From NCBI GenBank assembly GCA_048128005.1, contig JBEUKZ010000025.1, positions 62,001 to 126,000 of the forward strand: a stretch of DNA of 64,000 bases. Reading direction: 5' to 3'. Positions 1-12,313 of the stretch are shown piece by piece (positions within the stretch are counted from its first letter, which is position 1; each line of letters begins with the position of its first letter). This DNA is from Veleropilina oligotropha (taxonomy: Eukaryota). Made by a program: the position numbers and the translations under genes. The notes beneath the pieces are model-generated. The model made no database searches. It saw nothing but the letters and a program-made list of their open reading frames with translations, and had not been told where the DNA came from.

Positions 1-89
1 CCATATTCAACCAGTTCAGGTACTTGCAAAATGAGCAAATGGTATAATTAATTTTAACATGCACGTTCCTGCATATAATATATGCTTAC

Positions 90-193
90 CTGCTGTGCTT
101 CCATTCTTGCCGGATTTCTTTCAGCTGTACATTTCTCATGTTTTCTACGGAAAACGTGAATATCCTGCCATATTTGGTAATGCTTGATCGAAT
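90..193 (-). CDS. MRTO4: mRNA turnover protein 4 homolog (60S assembly factor, uL10 family), coding exon 3
   Basis: Minus strand ttttcAG|IRSSITKYGRIFTFSVENMRNVQLKEIRQEWKHSR|GTaagc. 104 nt, contains the FSVxNMRN..LK.IR..WKHSR motif of MRT4. The gene continues left of the window. Confidence 0.93.
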
Positions 194-1080
194 CTGAAAA
201 ACAAAGAGACTTTAAACTCCAGATAGCACATACTGTAATTGCTAGAATAAATGTTAAAATTATCTTGAATAACGTAATTTACTTAAAATTGCAATCCGTC
301 ATGCTCTGGCATTCGCGGAAAAGACTCTCAAGATTTTGGCGACAAACAGGCCAAAAATAACTCGGGCTACGGCAGAAAATCTAAGTGTTGATGAACCATG
401 GAAATAGCATAGTTTAATCTCAACCAGTAGGAAGTGAAATCAAGAGAGATTTTCAAGAAATTCAAATTGCATTAAATTTAACTAGATATGTCAGAGTGAC
501 ACGAATGCCCCTTCTGAAACAACTGCCCAGGAACGAAAGAAATTCGAAGTAAACAGCCATAACTCTCTTAACATTGAATTTACGCATTTAACAATGTATG
601 AATAAGTATATACACCTATATTCAAAATATAGTTTCATTCCATTAATATATTCCGAACTTATCCTCCAGAATTGAAAACAAAATTAAATTAATTAATGTC
701 CTATGTCTCTTAAATGAAGTTGGGATTTTATAGAAATAAGAAATGAAACTCCACTTAGATATTCTGATATACATGTGTATATCAAATTAATTTAATTTGA
801 ATCCATGAATGCCTGAATATAGCGCAGAATCTAAAGCATTAGAGGGACAAACATGTGTAACAATAAATGCTCTTCATACTTCGTTTTGCAGGGGACCAGG
901 CATAAAATTTCTTTCCAATGATATTATACGTGTATACCAAATTTAATTTATATACATGAATGCATTCTCAAGTTATCGCCCGGAAATGGAAGAAAAATTT
1001 GCAATTTGATGAAGGGACATAACTATGTGAAGGCGGAATTTTACCGAAATCGAACTTCACTTACCTATTATGATCATACA

Positions 1081-4000
1081 GGGCGATTCCATCAATTATG
1101 AGCCTGAGAGGTGATTTTTTCAAATCACTTGTACAACATGTTTATTTATTTTACTTAAATATACTATTACTCTAGTTTAGAAATCAACACCTTTGTTTTT
1201 GCAAAGTGTTGATTTTTTTAAAAATTTTGGCTGTTTCGAATATATGTATTTTTATACGTTTTTTGTAATATTTAGGTACCTTTTCTCATTCCAGACCTTT
1301 TTTGATAATTACAGAGGCTGCCACCCCTTTAAATGTATAAATCATTTAGTTTTAGCATAATTTATGCATTTAAGGCCTTTAATTTTTTCATTTTGGCAAA
1401 CCACCATTTTTAAGGGGTCAAAATAAATGTCACGTGTGTGACATGTCACACACGTGACACTGGACTCAAGGAGTTTCGGTAAAAAAAATGTGTACATGTC
1501 TAATAATATTAAATTTAGTATTATAAATCAGCTTTACAGTCTACATGCATAGAAACATGAATTGCTCACTTAATTAGCTTAGAGTGTGCAATTATCTATA
1601 TATATGTAAAAATGATTCCGTCACACACGTGACAAATTGTTGTGTCACGTGTGTGACCATACAATAAATATTTATTATAAAATACAGAAGAGCCCCAGCA
1701 CAGCATGAAATGGTAATTTTAACACAAACTAGATGTTGTTATTGTCCACAATAACAGGAATGTCTCCCCTGCTTGAAATTCTATTTTTAACAACAGGTCA
1801 TGTGACCTTTGACCTCAAATGCAATTTCAAGCAACATTTCATAATATGCAACCTGCCTGCTAAATATGAAATGCTAGTTACTGTCTGGATAACATATCGC
1901 AAACAAATTTATGAAAAATGTCATGTGACCTTTGACCGATTGACCTGAAGCGCAATCCCAAGCATCCTTTCCTCATAAACAACCAGCCGGCTAAATATGA
2001 TCAAGATTGCTAAATATGAACAGTAGTTATCGACTGGAAAGCAAGTCACAATGAAAATTCTATTTTTAGCAACAGGTCACAACATCATTAACCTTTAAGC
2101 GATTGACCTCAAATGCAATCCCAAGGATCCTATCCTGATATGCAACCTGCCTGGTAAATATGAGCATATTCTCTAAATATAAACAACACTAAATCGTCCG
2201 GAAAACAAATTGCAATCAACATTTAGAAAATTCTATTTTTAACCACAGGTCATGTGACCTTTGAACGGTTTTCCTCAAATGCAATCCCAAGCATGCTCTC
2301 CTCATGAGCGAGCTGTGTGCCAATCATGGGCATGAGTACCCAATATGAAGAGTAGTTATCGTCTGGAAACCAAATCGGAGCCAAAATTCTATTTTTAGTC
2401 ACAGATCACATTACCTTTGGCTTATCGACCTGGAAAGCAATCCCAAGCGACCTCTCCTCACAATCAACCTGTGTACCAAATATGAGCCTAATTATCGCTG
2501 AAAGGGAACGGTATTTATCGTCCGGAAACCAAAGCGTGATCGACGGACGGACAGATGGATGGCACAAAAACAATATGTCTCATAATTTACCTAAATTTCA
2601 TCTTTAAACAAAACTAGAAATGTGGCCAATTAATGGACACGAATGCCCTCACTGGCAGCCTTGACCATCATAGGGGCTGCAAATTGCACGCCAATATTGG
2701 TCCGAAGAGCTAAGCCCCTTGACCTTGGGCATACGGGCGCGATATGGGTGGGTCGCAGAAGAGAAGTATGAATGATGATAATCAAGTGTATGAAGTATCA
2801 TGTCAATCCATAAAGCCAGATGGAAGTTATAGCAGAATCACGCAAATACTGGTCCGAAATGCTAAGTCATTTGACCTTGACCCTGGATATGGGGCACATG
2901 GGTTGATCGCAGAACGGAAATTATATGAATGATGCTAAGCAAGTGAATGAAGTATCAAGTCAATCCATGAAGGCAGATAGATGTTATAGCAGAATGGAGT
3001 TACTTGCACGCAAATACTGGTCCGAAGTAATAAGTCATTTGACCTTGACCCTGGGCACAGGGGCGACATGGGTGGGTCGCAGAAGGGAAGTATGAATGAT
3101 GAAAAGCAAGTGTATGAAGTATTAAGTCAATCCAAGAAGGAAGATGAAAGTTATAGCAGATTAGTTACTTGCACGCAAATACCGGTACTGATTTTCGGGA
3201 TGGGATGCGGGACACGCAGACACTGATGGTTTTTTTATGAAACCAGTTGGTCATAATAAGTTCATCTGGGGCCAAGATTCAGATAAAAGGAGCCTTGACA
3301 CCGAAGTTGTGCCAAGAAATGAAGTCCTGTCTCCAATCAGCATTTTACTTTCCCACACTATTATCTAAGAAGTTTGGATGATCTAATGAAGACTGTCTAT
3401 GCTTCGTCATTGTTCGTTTGTTTGACCGTTGAAAACTTAAGTGTTTAAGTTCGGCTATAATAATTATTATAATAATAATAGGAGTTCGGTGCAAATATTC
3501 CATGCTCAGCTGAAACATATATTGGCCTGCAGTTAGTTTTTACAGTTCATAAATGAAAATAGGTTATTTGCCTTAATAAATAATGTATAGCCTAAACATT
3601 GACCTTTTATATTTAGCTATAAGGTTTGCAGTTTATTTACAAATTGCCAAACACTGAAAATATTTTGATTAAATATTATTTTGGCTCTTGGCAATGTTTC
3701 ATTTTCTTTAAATTTCACACGCAGTCACACACGTGACGGAGATGTCACACACGTGACGCCCAGTAATTACCATCTCTAGCATAAGTTTACAACCATTCAT
3801 AAAAAACTATATTGTGATGTAGTAGAGCATTAGCTTCTAAAACAATGCATGTGCTTTATATTTGTATATCATTTCACAGATCACAGACTTTTGGGAGTAA
3901 AAGTGAAATTTAACATTTATGCATTTTTGTGAGTCACACACGTGACACAGGTCATTTTAATCTGTATATCTATGAAGACAAATACGAAACCTATTCTAAC

Positions 4001-4140
4001 TATTTATGCTAATAGACGGGACACAGGACTAAAAAAAATGTGTAGTAATAATTTATCTTTCCTACACTGGTAAAGTGTACGGTCACTGATAACAGCTAAA
4101 ATGTCGTCTAAATGTCATACACGTGACGCTGGAATCGCCC
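1081..4140. mobile_element. TIR DNA transposon derivative, Sola-like
   Basis: TIRs GGGCGATTCCA / TGGAATCGCCC with a 4-bp TSD (TACA). Removing the element restores the host repeat unit. Repeated subterminal palindrome tgtcacacacgtgaca. Confidence 0.7.
1726..3220. mobile_element. Two HINE-like tandem-repeat elements (1726-2581 and 2611-3220) nested in the Sola-like element
   Basis: aaactag starts, gacctttgacc-type tandem units and ggac microsatellite ends. 2611-3220 is the same family as 49160-49497 and 50055-51321. Confidence 0.6.
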
Positions 4141-4783
4141 TACACGTGAATACCAAATTTAATTTAAATCCATGAAGGCATTCTCAAGTTACCGCCCGGA
4201 AATGAAAAAATATTACCATGTGAATCAAGGGGCATATTATATAACTCTCTTATGTGACATCGGAATTTTACCGAAATCGAACTCCCCTTAGCTATTATGA
4301 TTATCCACTTGCATGCCAAATTTAATTTAAATCCATGAACTGAGGCATTTTAAAGTTATTGCCCGGAAACGAAGTTAGTTCGGACGGATGGACGTGTGCA
4401 ACACTATATATATGCCCCCAAACTTCGTTTAGGGGGCATAATTAACAAATAAATACTGTCATAATATTACAAACGTGCATATATGTGCGCATTCTTGCTT
4501 TCAATGCTTAATGTCTCATTTTTAACAACATTTCCATCTTAAATTTGTGAAAGGAAATCGAATTAAAACCAGTCGTCACCAGCCGGTTATGGATAATTGT
4601 GATTCGGAACAAATTCAGAGTCCGGGTACCATCAACTTGCACTTTCAATTTGATGGGATTTTAAACACGTATGTAATGGCATGGAAAACAACATTCAACC
4701 AATATTCAATGACATCTTAAATTTAAGGTTTTCGTGATGCGCCAGCTTTACTATGACAATAAATTATATTTTCAAGTAAATAC

Positions 4784-4842
4784 CTCTTCGACAAGTGTCT
4801 GTTTTTGCTGAAGACCCTTCCGTTTTGTACGAGTTAAGGAAA
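4784..4842 (-). CDS. MRTO4: MRTO4 coding exon 2
   Basis: Minus strand ctttccAG|(I)SLTRTKRKGLQQKQTLVEE|GTattt. 59 nt, phase-compatible with exons 1 and 3. Confidence 0.92.
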
Positions 4843-5854
4843 CTGGAAAGAAAGAAACAATATCCTTAGTCTACGATGTAAAATATACACAGAGAGGTTA
4901 TTATATGATATCCAGTTTCATATCAAATATATGTAACAAGTTACAAGTGATAGTTTTTATTTCACAAGCCTAAATTTTAAATAAAATGGGATCGATAATA
5001 ATAATCCATTCTTTTTATCAAATTACTCGAAAAATATGATATATGACAGGGAAAGGTTTAAAAACATTATTTGTGAAATCGTTACATTTGTATTGTCCTA
5101 TGCATACATTTCCTACATGACTTTAAATATTCGAGTAATTATAAATTTATAATATGTGAGTAAAAGTAGCAGCGTTTAGTTTGATAGATTTTTGGTTAAA
5201 CATGCTGACCACGAATCAGTATTGTGAAATGGAATTTAGCACCATTTAATCCGACACTTGTATGCATTAATTATTCTCGTATCCATAAACAAGAGCAAAA
5301 GCTCGAAATGGCTCGCATGCGTGGTTACTGCGCATCAATCACTTATATTTCATGAGCATTGGGTCTACATTCAATAGTAGATGACATTGTAAACTAACGA
5401 CCATGGAACAGACTTATACACTTCTTTGACACAAGATAGTCCACCCTAGGATCGGTCCTCCTCAAATATGATTGGAGTCATAAAGCGGATCCGGATTTTA
5501 TGATGCAATTTCCCTTTCGGCTCGAACTCAGCGACCATTGATCCGATTTACTTACTTTTTTAAAAACAAGATAGGGTTCAGTCTATGCTAGGTCCTTATT
5601 ACAGATGATCAGTCTGAAAGAAGATCCGGAGTAGTCGCAATTTCCGGTTTGCGGATTTTCGGCTCTACCGCTAGAATGCTTCGGCATACAAACTTCAAAT
5701 TAGGCTCACAATGTTCAACTTTTAGCTTTTAGATTTCTAGCTTCCACCATTCCTTGCCACTGGGGCGAAGGTTTGCAATCTCGGATTGCCTTGTTGCTTT
5801 ATATTAAATATAGCATGATTGAGAAACTTTAACCAAAAACTTTAACAGGAGAAC

Positions 5855-6146
5855 CATGGGCTCAAAATTAGCACGGTTTTACTGGTCTCAAACCAGTAAA
5901 AATTACAGAAAACCAGTCATTTTAACACATGGTGGTCCAATGGACCATTGATTTTTACAATATACCCTCAGGCGCTTACTATTAGTTGTTAACACACACA
6001 TTAGATTCATTGTAAAGTTATTATTACAGCCTATATAATATATGTAATTTATTATGTATGCTATTGATCATTACTTTTATGACCCGTGTTTAAAATTCCA
6101 GGTGGTCCATTGGACCAGTGGTTTTAAATTTGTATTTCTAGCCCCG
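5855..6146. mobile_element. MITE, 5-bp TSD
   Basis: TSD AGAAC on both sides. Imperfect TIRs catgggctcaaaat / atttctagccccg. Confidence 0.55.
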
Positions 6147-6197
6147 AGAACCAATTGTTGATGTTGCATGAGAGACAATAAAATGTCAGATAAAGCA

Positions 6198-6453
6198 GGG
6201 AGGAATGATGCTTATTGTCCTGTATATTTACAACATCGAGGTTCAAGGCAGGACATGTCCGTGTTATCGCGGGAGGAAACCCCAGTCGCCCGGGTAAACC
6301 CACCCTCTTCGGACAGTCACGGACAACTGTGATTCATAACTTGAACAAATTTCAATGCCTCAGCCGGGTATTGAACCCACTACTGTTCGCATTAGCGGAA
6401 TCAAGCCAGTGAATTAGAGTTGACACTCTACCCACTGCGCTGCCGAAGCGGCC
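6198..6453 (-). mobile_element. tRNA-derived SINE with V-domain-like core and (CCT)n tail
   Basis: A-box TAGCGCAGTGG-like and B-box GGTTCAATACC on the minus strand. 10-bp TSD AGATAAAGCA. Homologous to 37675-37934. Confidence 0.8.
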
Positions 6454-7239
6454 AGATAAAGCATGTTTAAAATACCGATATTGACTTAAAGGCACACGTC
6501 TTTTATTCACGGAGATTTTTCAGTTTCACGTCCTCCATATCAATATAATTTGCTTTTCACGATACACGGAAACAATACTTTAACTGACCATAAAGTTAAA
6601 CAAATAGCATGTACCGCATCATAAGATTATTTTATACATGAATTTCTAATATCGTGATACTGTAACATTAAAATAATCGACTGGAGAAAAACCTCCACGA
6701 ATTTGGGGTAAATCCTCTCGATGCGAATACGCATAGAGGCGTAATGACATCCAGCTATATATACAACATGGTCTCGATTGCCCTGGAGCTCTGCTTATCA
6801 TCTTACGATTGACAATTATATATAACGAATGAAGATCTGTAGATTAGGGACACGATCTAAATATAGACACATAACGGAACACAGGTTGAAAGTTCAAAAC
6901 AGATATTTCCCGTTGACCACTGTGCATGGGCAAGTTCAGCCCTTTCGTTTTGTTTTGTTTGTTCTGAGAAACAATGTCGCCTATGATTTAACGCTAATCA
7001 GGCCAATAGCAAAAAATAAATTAGAAAAACGTTGAGGCAGGCCACAAGAATGCCCGCGTGGTGGCTTAATATGTTCTACAAAATTCCATAAATAAACAGC
7101 CAGAGTAAAAGGTGGCTAACAACAAAGCTCATGTATGAATCAGTACGCATTAATGCACTCATTGATGAAACATCAAGCAGAATGCAAATCTCTTGAAACA
7201 AACCAAATCTAAATCAAATTGGTTGAGAAATTTTGACTA

Positions 7240-8124
7240 CAGGGGTTGAAATTGAAAAAAATATATGGTTGTACACTGTACAACCGAATCTAGAGATTTG
7301 GTTGCCACGTAAAAAATATGGTTGTACATATTGAATTTGAAATACACAGTACATATAATAGCTTTAGGCCTATTATTATACGGGATAATTTTTTTCAAAG
7401 AAGCTAGTGTATCATTTTTATAGGAAATCTTCAATTAAAACTACTTTAAAAATTCAAGTCATTAACTATCTAACTTTATCTGCCTACATTATTTTATTTC
7501 GTTTTATTCATATTCTTCAGCTTCATCTGATCATTAGTTGTACTACTAGTATATGAAAAGTATTTGCGTTTGTAATACATGCATGCAACACTGTAAATGG
7601 GTGCTCCCCGAAATAAAGGTAGAAATAAAGGTAGAAACAAAGAAAAAAACATGGCGGGCGCACATGCGACATCGATGTTTTCTTCAGATTTACAGACACA
7701 AAGTCAATATACTGGACTAAATTAAAGGTATTATACAACTTTTTATTAATAATTAGACACTTTTATGCAAAATATACATGTAATAAGAGATAAATGACCC
7801 GGAATGGACACGTACCGCACCGGAATTCTCTCGGGCGTTTCCGGCGATGTTTCTAGCAAAATTCTTAACGCGTAGCAAATTGCTGCAATGTTTTTCGATT
7901 GTCTGCTATTGTCACGTGAGATATAATTTATTATATGTAAAAGCTGAAGCTTGGGCCGAACCACAGCCGTTCGCATTACATATTTTTCTAAATTAAATTG
8001 TTTGACCGCGAAGTCTTAAAAAATAATTGGTTGTACACGTGGCAACTGCTGTCGGCAGTTTGGTTGCCCACAGGAAAAATTTGGTTGCCGGCGGCAACCA
8101 AATGATAGTCAATTTCGAGCCCTG
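7240..8124. mobile_element. MITE with CAG..CTG termini
   Basis: TIRs caggggttgaaattga / tcaatttcgagccctg. Near-TSD GACTA/CACTA. Confidence 0.65.
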
Positions 8125-9027
8125 CACTATATAGCCCACACAAGAAATTTCTTCAAAACAAAATGGCCACCACGACGGCCATCATGAATCAGAAAATGAC
8201 GAATATTGCTAGACGGCGTGTCCTCATAATAACTAACGTCCATACCGAATTTGAATGAGATCGGATAAGAACTTTCCATTATAGAGCGCACACAAGAAAA
8301 CTCTTAAAAACAAGATGGCCACCATGGCGGCCATCTTTAATAAAAACGACGAAAATCGTTAGGTGACATGTCCTCATCTTAACTCATCAACATGCACACC
8401 GAATTTGAATCCAATAGGATTAGAATTTTTCATTGTAGGGTGCACACAAGAAATCTATTCAAAATAAAATGGCTACCAGGGCAGCCATGTTGAATCCAAA
8501 AATGGTGAAAATCGATAGGTGTAGCATCCTCATCATACCAAAAGTGTACATCTAATTTGAATGAAATAGGATAAGAACTTTTCACTATAGAGCTCACATA
8601 AGATATACCTTCAAAACAAAATGGCCACCACGGCGGCCATCTTGAATACGAAAACGAGGAAAATCGTTAGGCGACGTGTCCTCATCAAACGAACGTTATT
8701 ATCAAATTTGAATGAAATCGGAATAGAACTTTTCAATATAAAGATGATACAAGAAATATCTTCAAAACAAAATGGACACCACGGCGACCATTTTGAATCC
8801 GAAAATCGCTAGGAGGTGTGTCCTCATCATAATAAACGTGCAAACCGAATTTGAATCAAATCGGAATAGAACTCTTCACTGTAGAAAGACACAAGGAATA
8901 TCTTCAAAACACAAGAATTCCAAGGAAGTGGATGTGTCGCCTACGGGAACGTTATTCTTGAAGGAATACAGAGAGTTTCGCGAAACTGCCCAAGAATCCA
9001 TATTTTCTGAATTTCTTCAAGACATTA

Positions 9028-9363
9028 CGGTGCTCTTTCGGTACTTCCCCACAGATCCGGCTTTTATACATATTTAAGGAGCTCCGGCTTTTATTCGTCT
9101 TAAATTTTCACATTCTGCGTATTATCTGCCTTGTCAATTTCTACTCAAGGCAAATGCAGCTTGCGATAAGACACACGTGATGGGAACGTAGTTGTATTGG
9201 CTTTACAAACGTATATACACCGGACCGCCCCGTGAGCCTGGACTGACCGAGGTTCACCTGTTGCTAGTCCCCATGGATTTACATTAACGACGCGGAGATG
9301 AAAAACCGGATTTCCAAAGTTGAGTAAAAGCCGGAGCTGTGGGGAAGTACCGAAAGAGCGCCG
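9028..9363. mobile_element. MITE with ~40-bp TIRs
   Basis: cggtgctctttcggtacttccccacagatccggctttta matches, inverted, taaaagccggagctgtggggaagtaccgaaagagcgccg. Confidence 0.75.
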
Positions 9364-11670
9364 AAATTACTTGAATTGGATCAACGGATGGCTTGCTTTC
9401 CATACATGAACTTCGGATGTGGCTAAACTTCTGTAGTGAATTGATGTCATAAGTATATGTAGAAAGTCCTTGAAGAGTTATCACGCGGAAACCACTTCGG
9501 GTGACAAAATCCAAGATGGCCACTGGCGGCCATCTTGAACATCTGAACTGGTTGAAAAATCAAACTTACGCGGTGAATTAATGCCACCAGTAATTGTAGA
9601 AAGTTTCATGGAAATCAAAGCATTCCTTCAAAAGTTATCGCATGGAAACCACTAGCTTCGGGTGACAAAATCCAAGATGGCCACTGGCAGCCATCTTGAA
9701 CAACGGAACTGGTTGAAAATAGAATTTAGGCGGTGAATTGATGCCACAAGTAATTGTAGAAAGTTTCATGAAAATCATAGAATTCCTTCAAATGTTATTA
9801 CACGGAAACCACTTCGGGTGACAAAAATCCAAGATGGCCACTGGCGGCCATCTTGAACATTGGAACTGGTTGAAAATTGAAACTAGGCGGTGAATTGATG
9901 CCACAAGTAAGTGTAGTAAGTTTCATGAAAACCAAAGCATTCCTTCAGAAGTTATCGCACGGAAACCAATATCCGGATTTCAAGGCGACACAAAAATGAC
10001 CACGATGGCGGCCATCTTGATCCGAAAACGATGAAAATCGTAAAGCGGCGTGTCCTCATCATAACAAACGTGCATACTGAATTTGAATGAAATCGGATAA
10101 GAATTATTCAATGTAGAGCTGACACAAGAAATATCTCCAAAACAAAATGGACACCACGGCGGCCATCTTGAATGCAAAAATGAACGTGCATACCAAATTG
10201 AAATATAACTTTTCACTGTAGAGCAGACACAAGAAATATCTTCAAAACAAAACGGTCAACACGGTGGCAATCTTGAATCCGAAAATGACAAAAATCATTA
10301 GGCGGCATGTCCTCATCATAACTAACATTCATACCAAATTTGAATGAAATCGGAATAGAACTTTTCACTATAGAGCTCACACAAGAAATATCTTCAAAAC
10401 AAAATGGCCGCAACGGTGGCCATCTTGACTCCGAAAATGACAAAAATAGTTAGGCTTCGTGTCTTCATCATAATGAACGTGCATACCGAATTTGAATCAA
10501 ATCGGAATAGAAGTCTTCACTGTAGAAGAAACACAAGAACTATCTTCAAAACAAAATGACCACCATGGCAGCCATCTTGATCACAAAAATGACGAAAATC
10601 GTTTGACGGCATGTCCTCATCATAATGAATGTGCATACTAATTTTGAATCAAATCACAATAGAATTCTTCACTGTGGAGCGGATACAAGAAATATCTTCC
10701 AAACAAAATGGACACCATGGCGGCCATCTTGAATCCGAAAACGAAGAAAATCGTTAATCGGCGTGTCCACATCATAACGAACGTGCATACCGAATTTGAA
10801 TGAAATCTGAGTAGAAATCTTCACTGTAGAGCACACACAAGAAATTTCTTCAAAACAAAATCTTGAATCCGAAAACGATGAAAATCGTTAGGCATTACAA
10901 TCTGCTTGCTCGTCCACATGAAAACTAACTTGCATACCGAATTTGAATCAAATCGGATTAGAAATTTTCACTGTAGAGAGGACACAAAAAACTAACCTAA
11001 AATTCACATAAACTTCTATGTCCAAAGAGACCATCATATTTTCAATAATTATATAAAATTTTATTAAATATCATTACCCGAGTATCAGATGATATCCATA
11101 TAACCTATAACAAAGCATATATACACTAAAATCTCCCTTAGACAACCCATATACATTCAACGAAAAACTTGAACCAAATTGTTGAAGTCGGATGCCGGAC
11201 GGTACAGAACAATATGCCCTTTCGCCTTCGGCGCGGGCATATAAATGTCTTGGTTAGAGAGAGTCAGCCATGTTTCTAACGTTTTGTGTTGTTAACTCTA
11301 TCTTTTTATATTGGAGTACTAAAATCTCGCACCATCGAGATATGCAAAACAACGAAATTACAGGACATCGGACGATTTTAAACTTCAAACTATCGAAGTA
11401 TAATAATGATAATAGCGAGCACGCAGTGCGACCTTACACACTAACCTGTATACGGGAAAGATAAAACAACGAATTCAAGGGCAGATAACCAAACAACAGT
11501 TACACACAATGGATTAAAAATCGATGCTACGAACTGGAAACGGAAATAGAATTATGCGCGCGCATCTCGAGAATATCGCGAGACCCTTCTTGCCATGATC
11601 GATTTACGCGACATGACATCACGCGTTTTGAAGCGGACTTAGCCGAAACAAAGGTCGGGTCATGGCTACA

Positions 11671-11936
11671 TCTTAATATAATGGAGCTATAATTGTATGT
11701 GTGTGTGTCTGTGTGTGTGTCTGTCTGTTTCAAGTTGAACTCCTCCCAGACGCTTTGACCTAGGACCTTCAAACTTTGGGGGGTTAATCGGGGTCCCCCA
11801 AGGAAGGTTTACCACGAAAAAAATTCGGAAAATTCGGGAAAAAATAAAAATATTTAAGGGAGCACTATCCAAAAAAAAAAAAAAAAAAAAAATGGGGTGG
11901 GGGGACTTGCCCGGCGAAGACGGGTACCATAGCTAG
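11671..11936 (+). mobile_element. Non-autonomous Helitron
   Basis: A|TC...CTAG|T boundaries, (GT)n microsatellite and a 3' hairpin cccggcgaagacggg. A similar copy is at 38942-39136. Confidence 0.65.
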
Positions 11937-12313
11937 TTTAACCAATGAGAGATTTGCTGGTCTGTGGTCAATCTTTGTCCTAGTCGATTGCACGCATTTG
12001 TAAGCGTAATTGATCAATCAAGACATTTCATTGGTATATTTCCCTGACGTATATATATACAATCTGCTTGCTCGTCACTAGGTAGCACCTGTAGCATATT
12101 AATGTGACAAATTGATATAAACCCATTACGCATATATTTTGCCAAAAGAATGGCATGAAGTTTTGAACAATTTTGACGTCAAAGAATATGCGTAGGTAAG
12201 CAACAATGTGTGACGTCGCGGAATGTGTGTCAGCTTACACTAGACGTCATGAATAACCACTGAAAAGACGCGTTTCAAAAATTAAGAAGACATCGCAGGG
12301 TACAGATTTCATA

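Larger units (their letters stand above)
480..4441. mobile_element. Helentron-type non-autonomous element (HINE/DINE-1-like) with nested insertions
   Basis: Starts aactag..gacacgaatgcccc and has degenerate internal tandem units. Ends with a (ggac/ggat) microsatellite and the hairpin atgcccccaaacttcgtttagggggcat. Confidence 0.65.
7027..11244. mobile_element. HINE-like element with ~150-bp tandem array and nested inserts
   Basis: Subterminal inverted repeat ATGCCCGCG (7050) / CGCGGGCAT (11232) and a terminal hairpin. Arrays at 8130-8910 and 9985-10985. A second repeat family is nested at 8911-9980. Confidence 0.65.
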
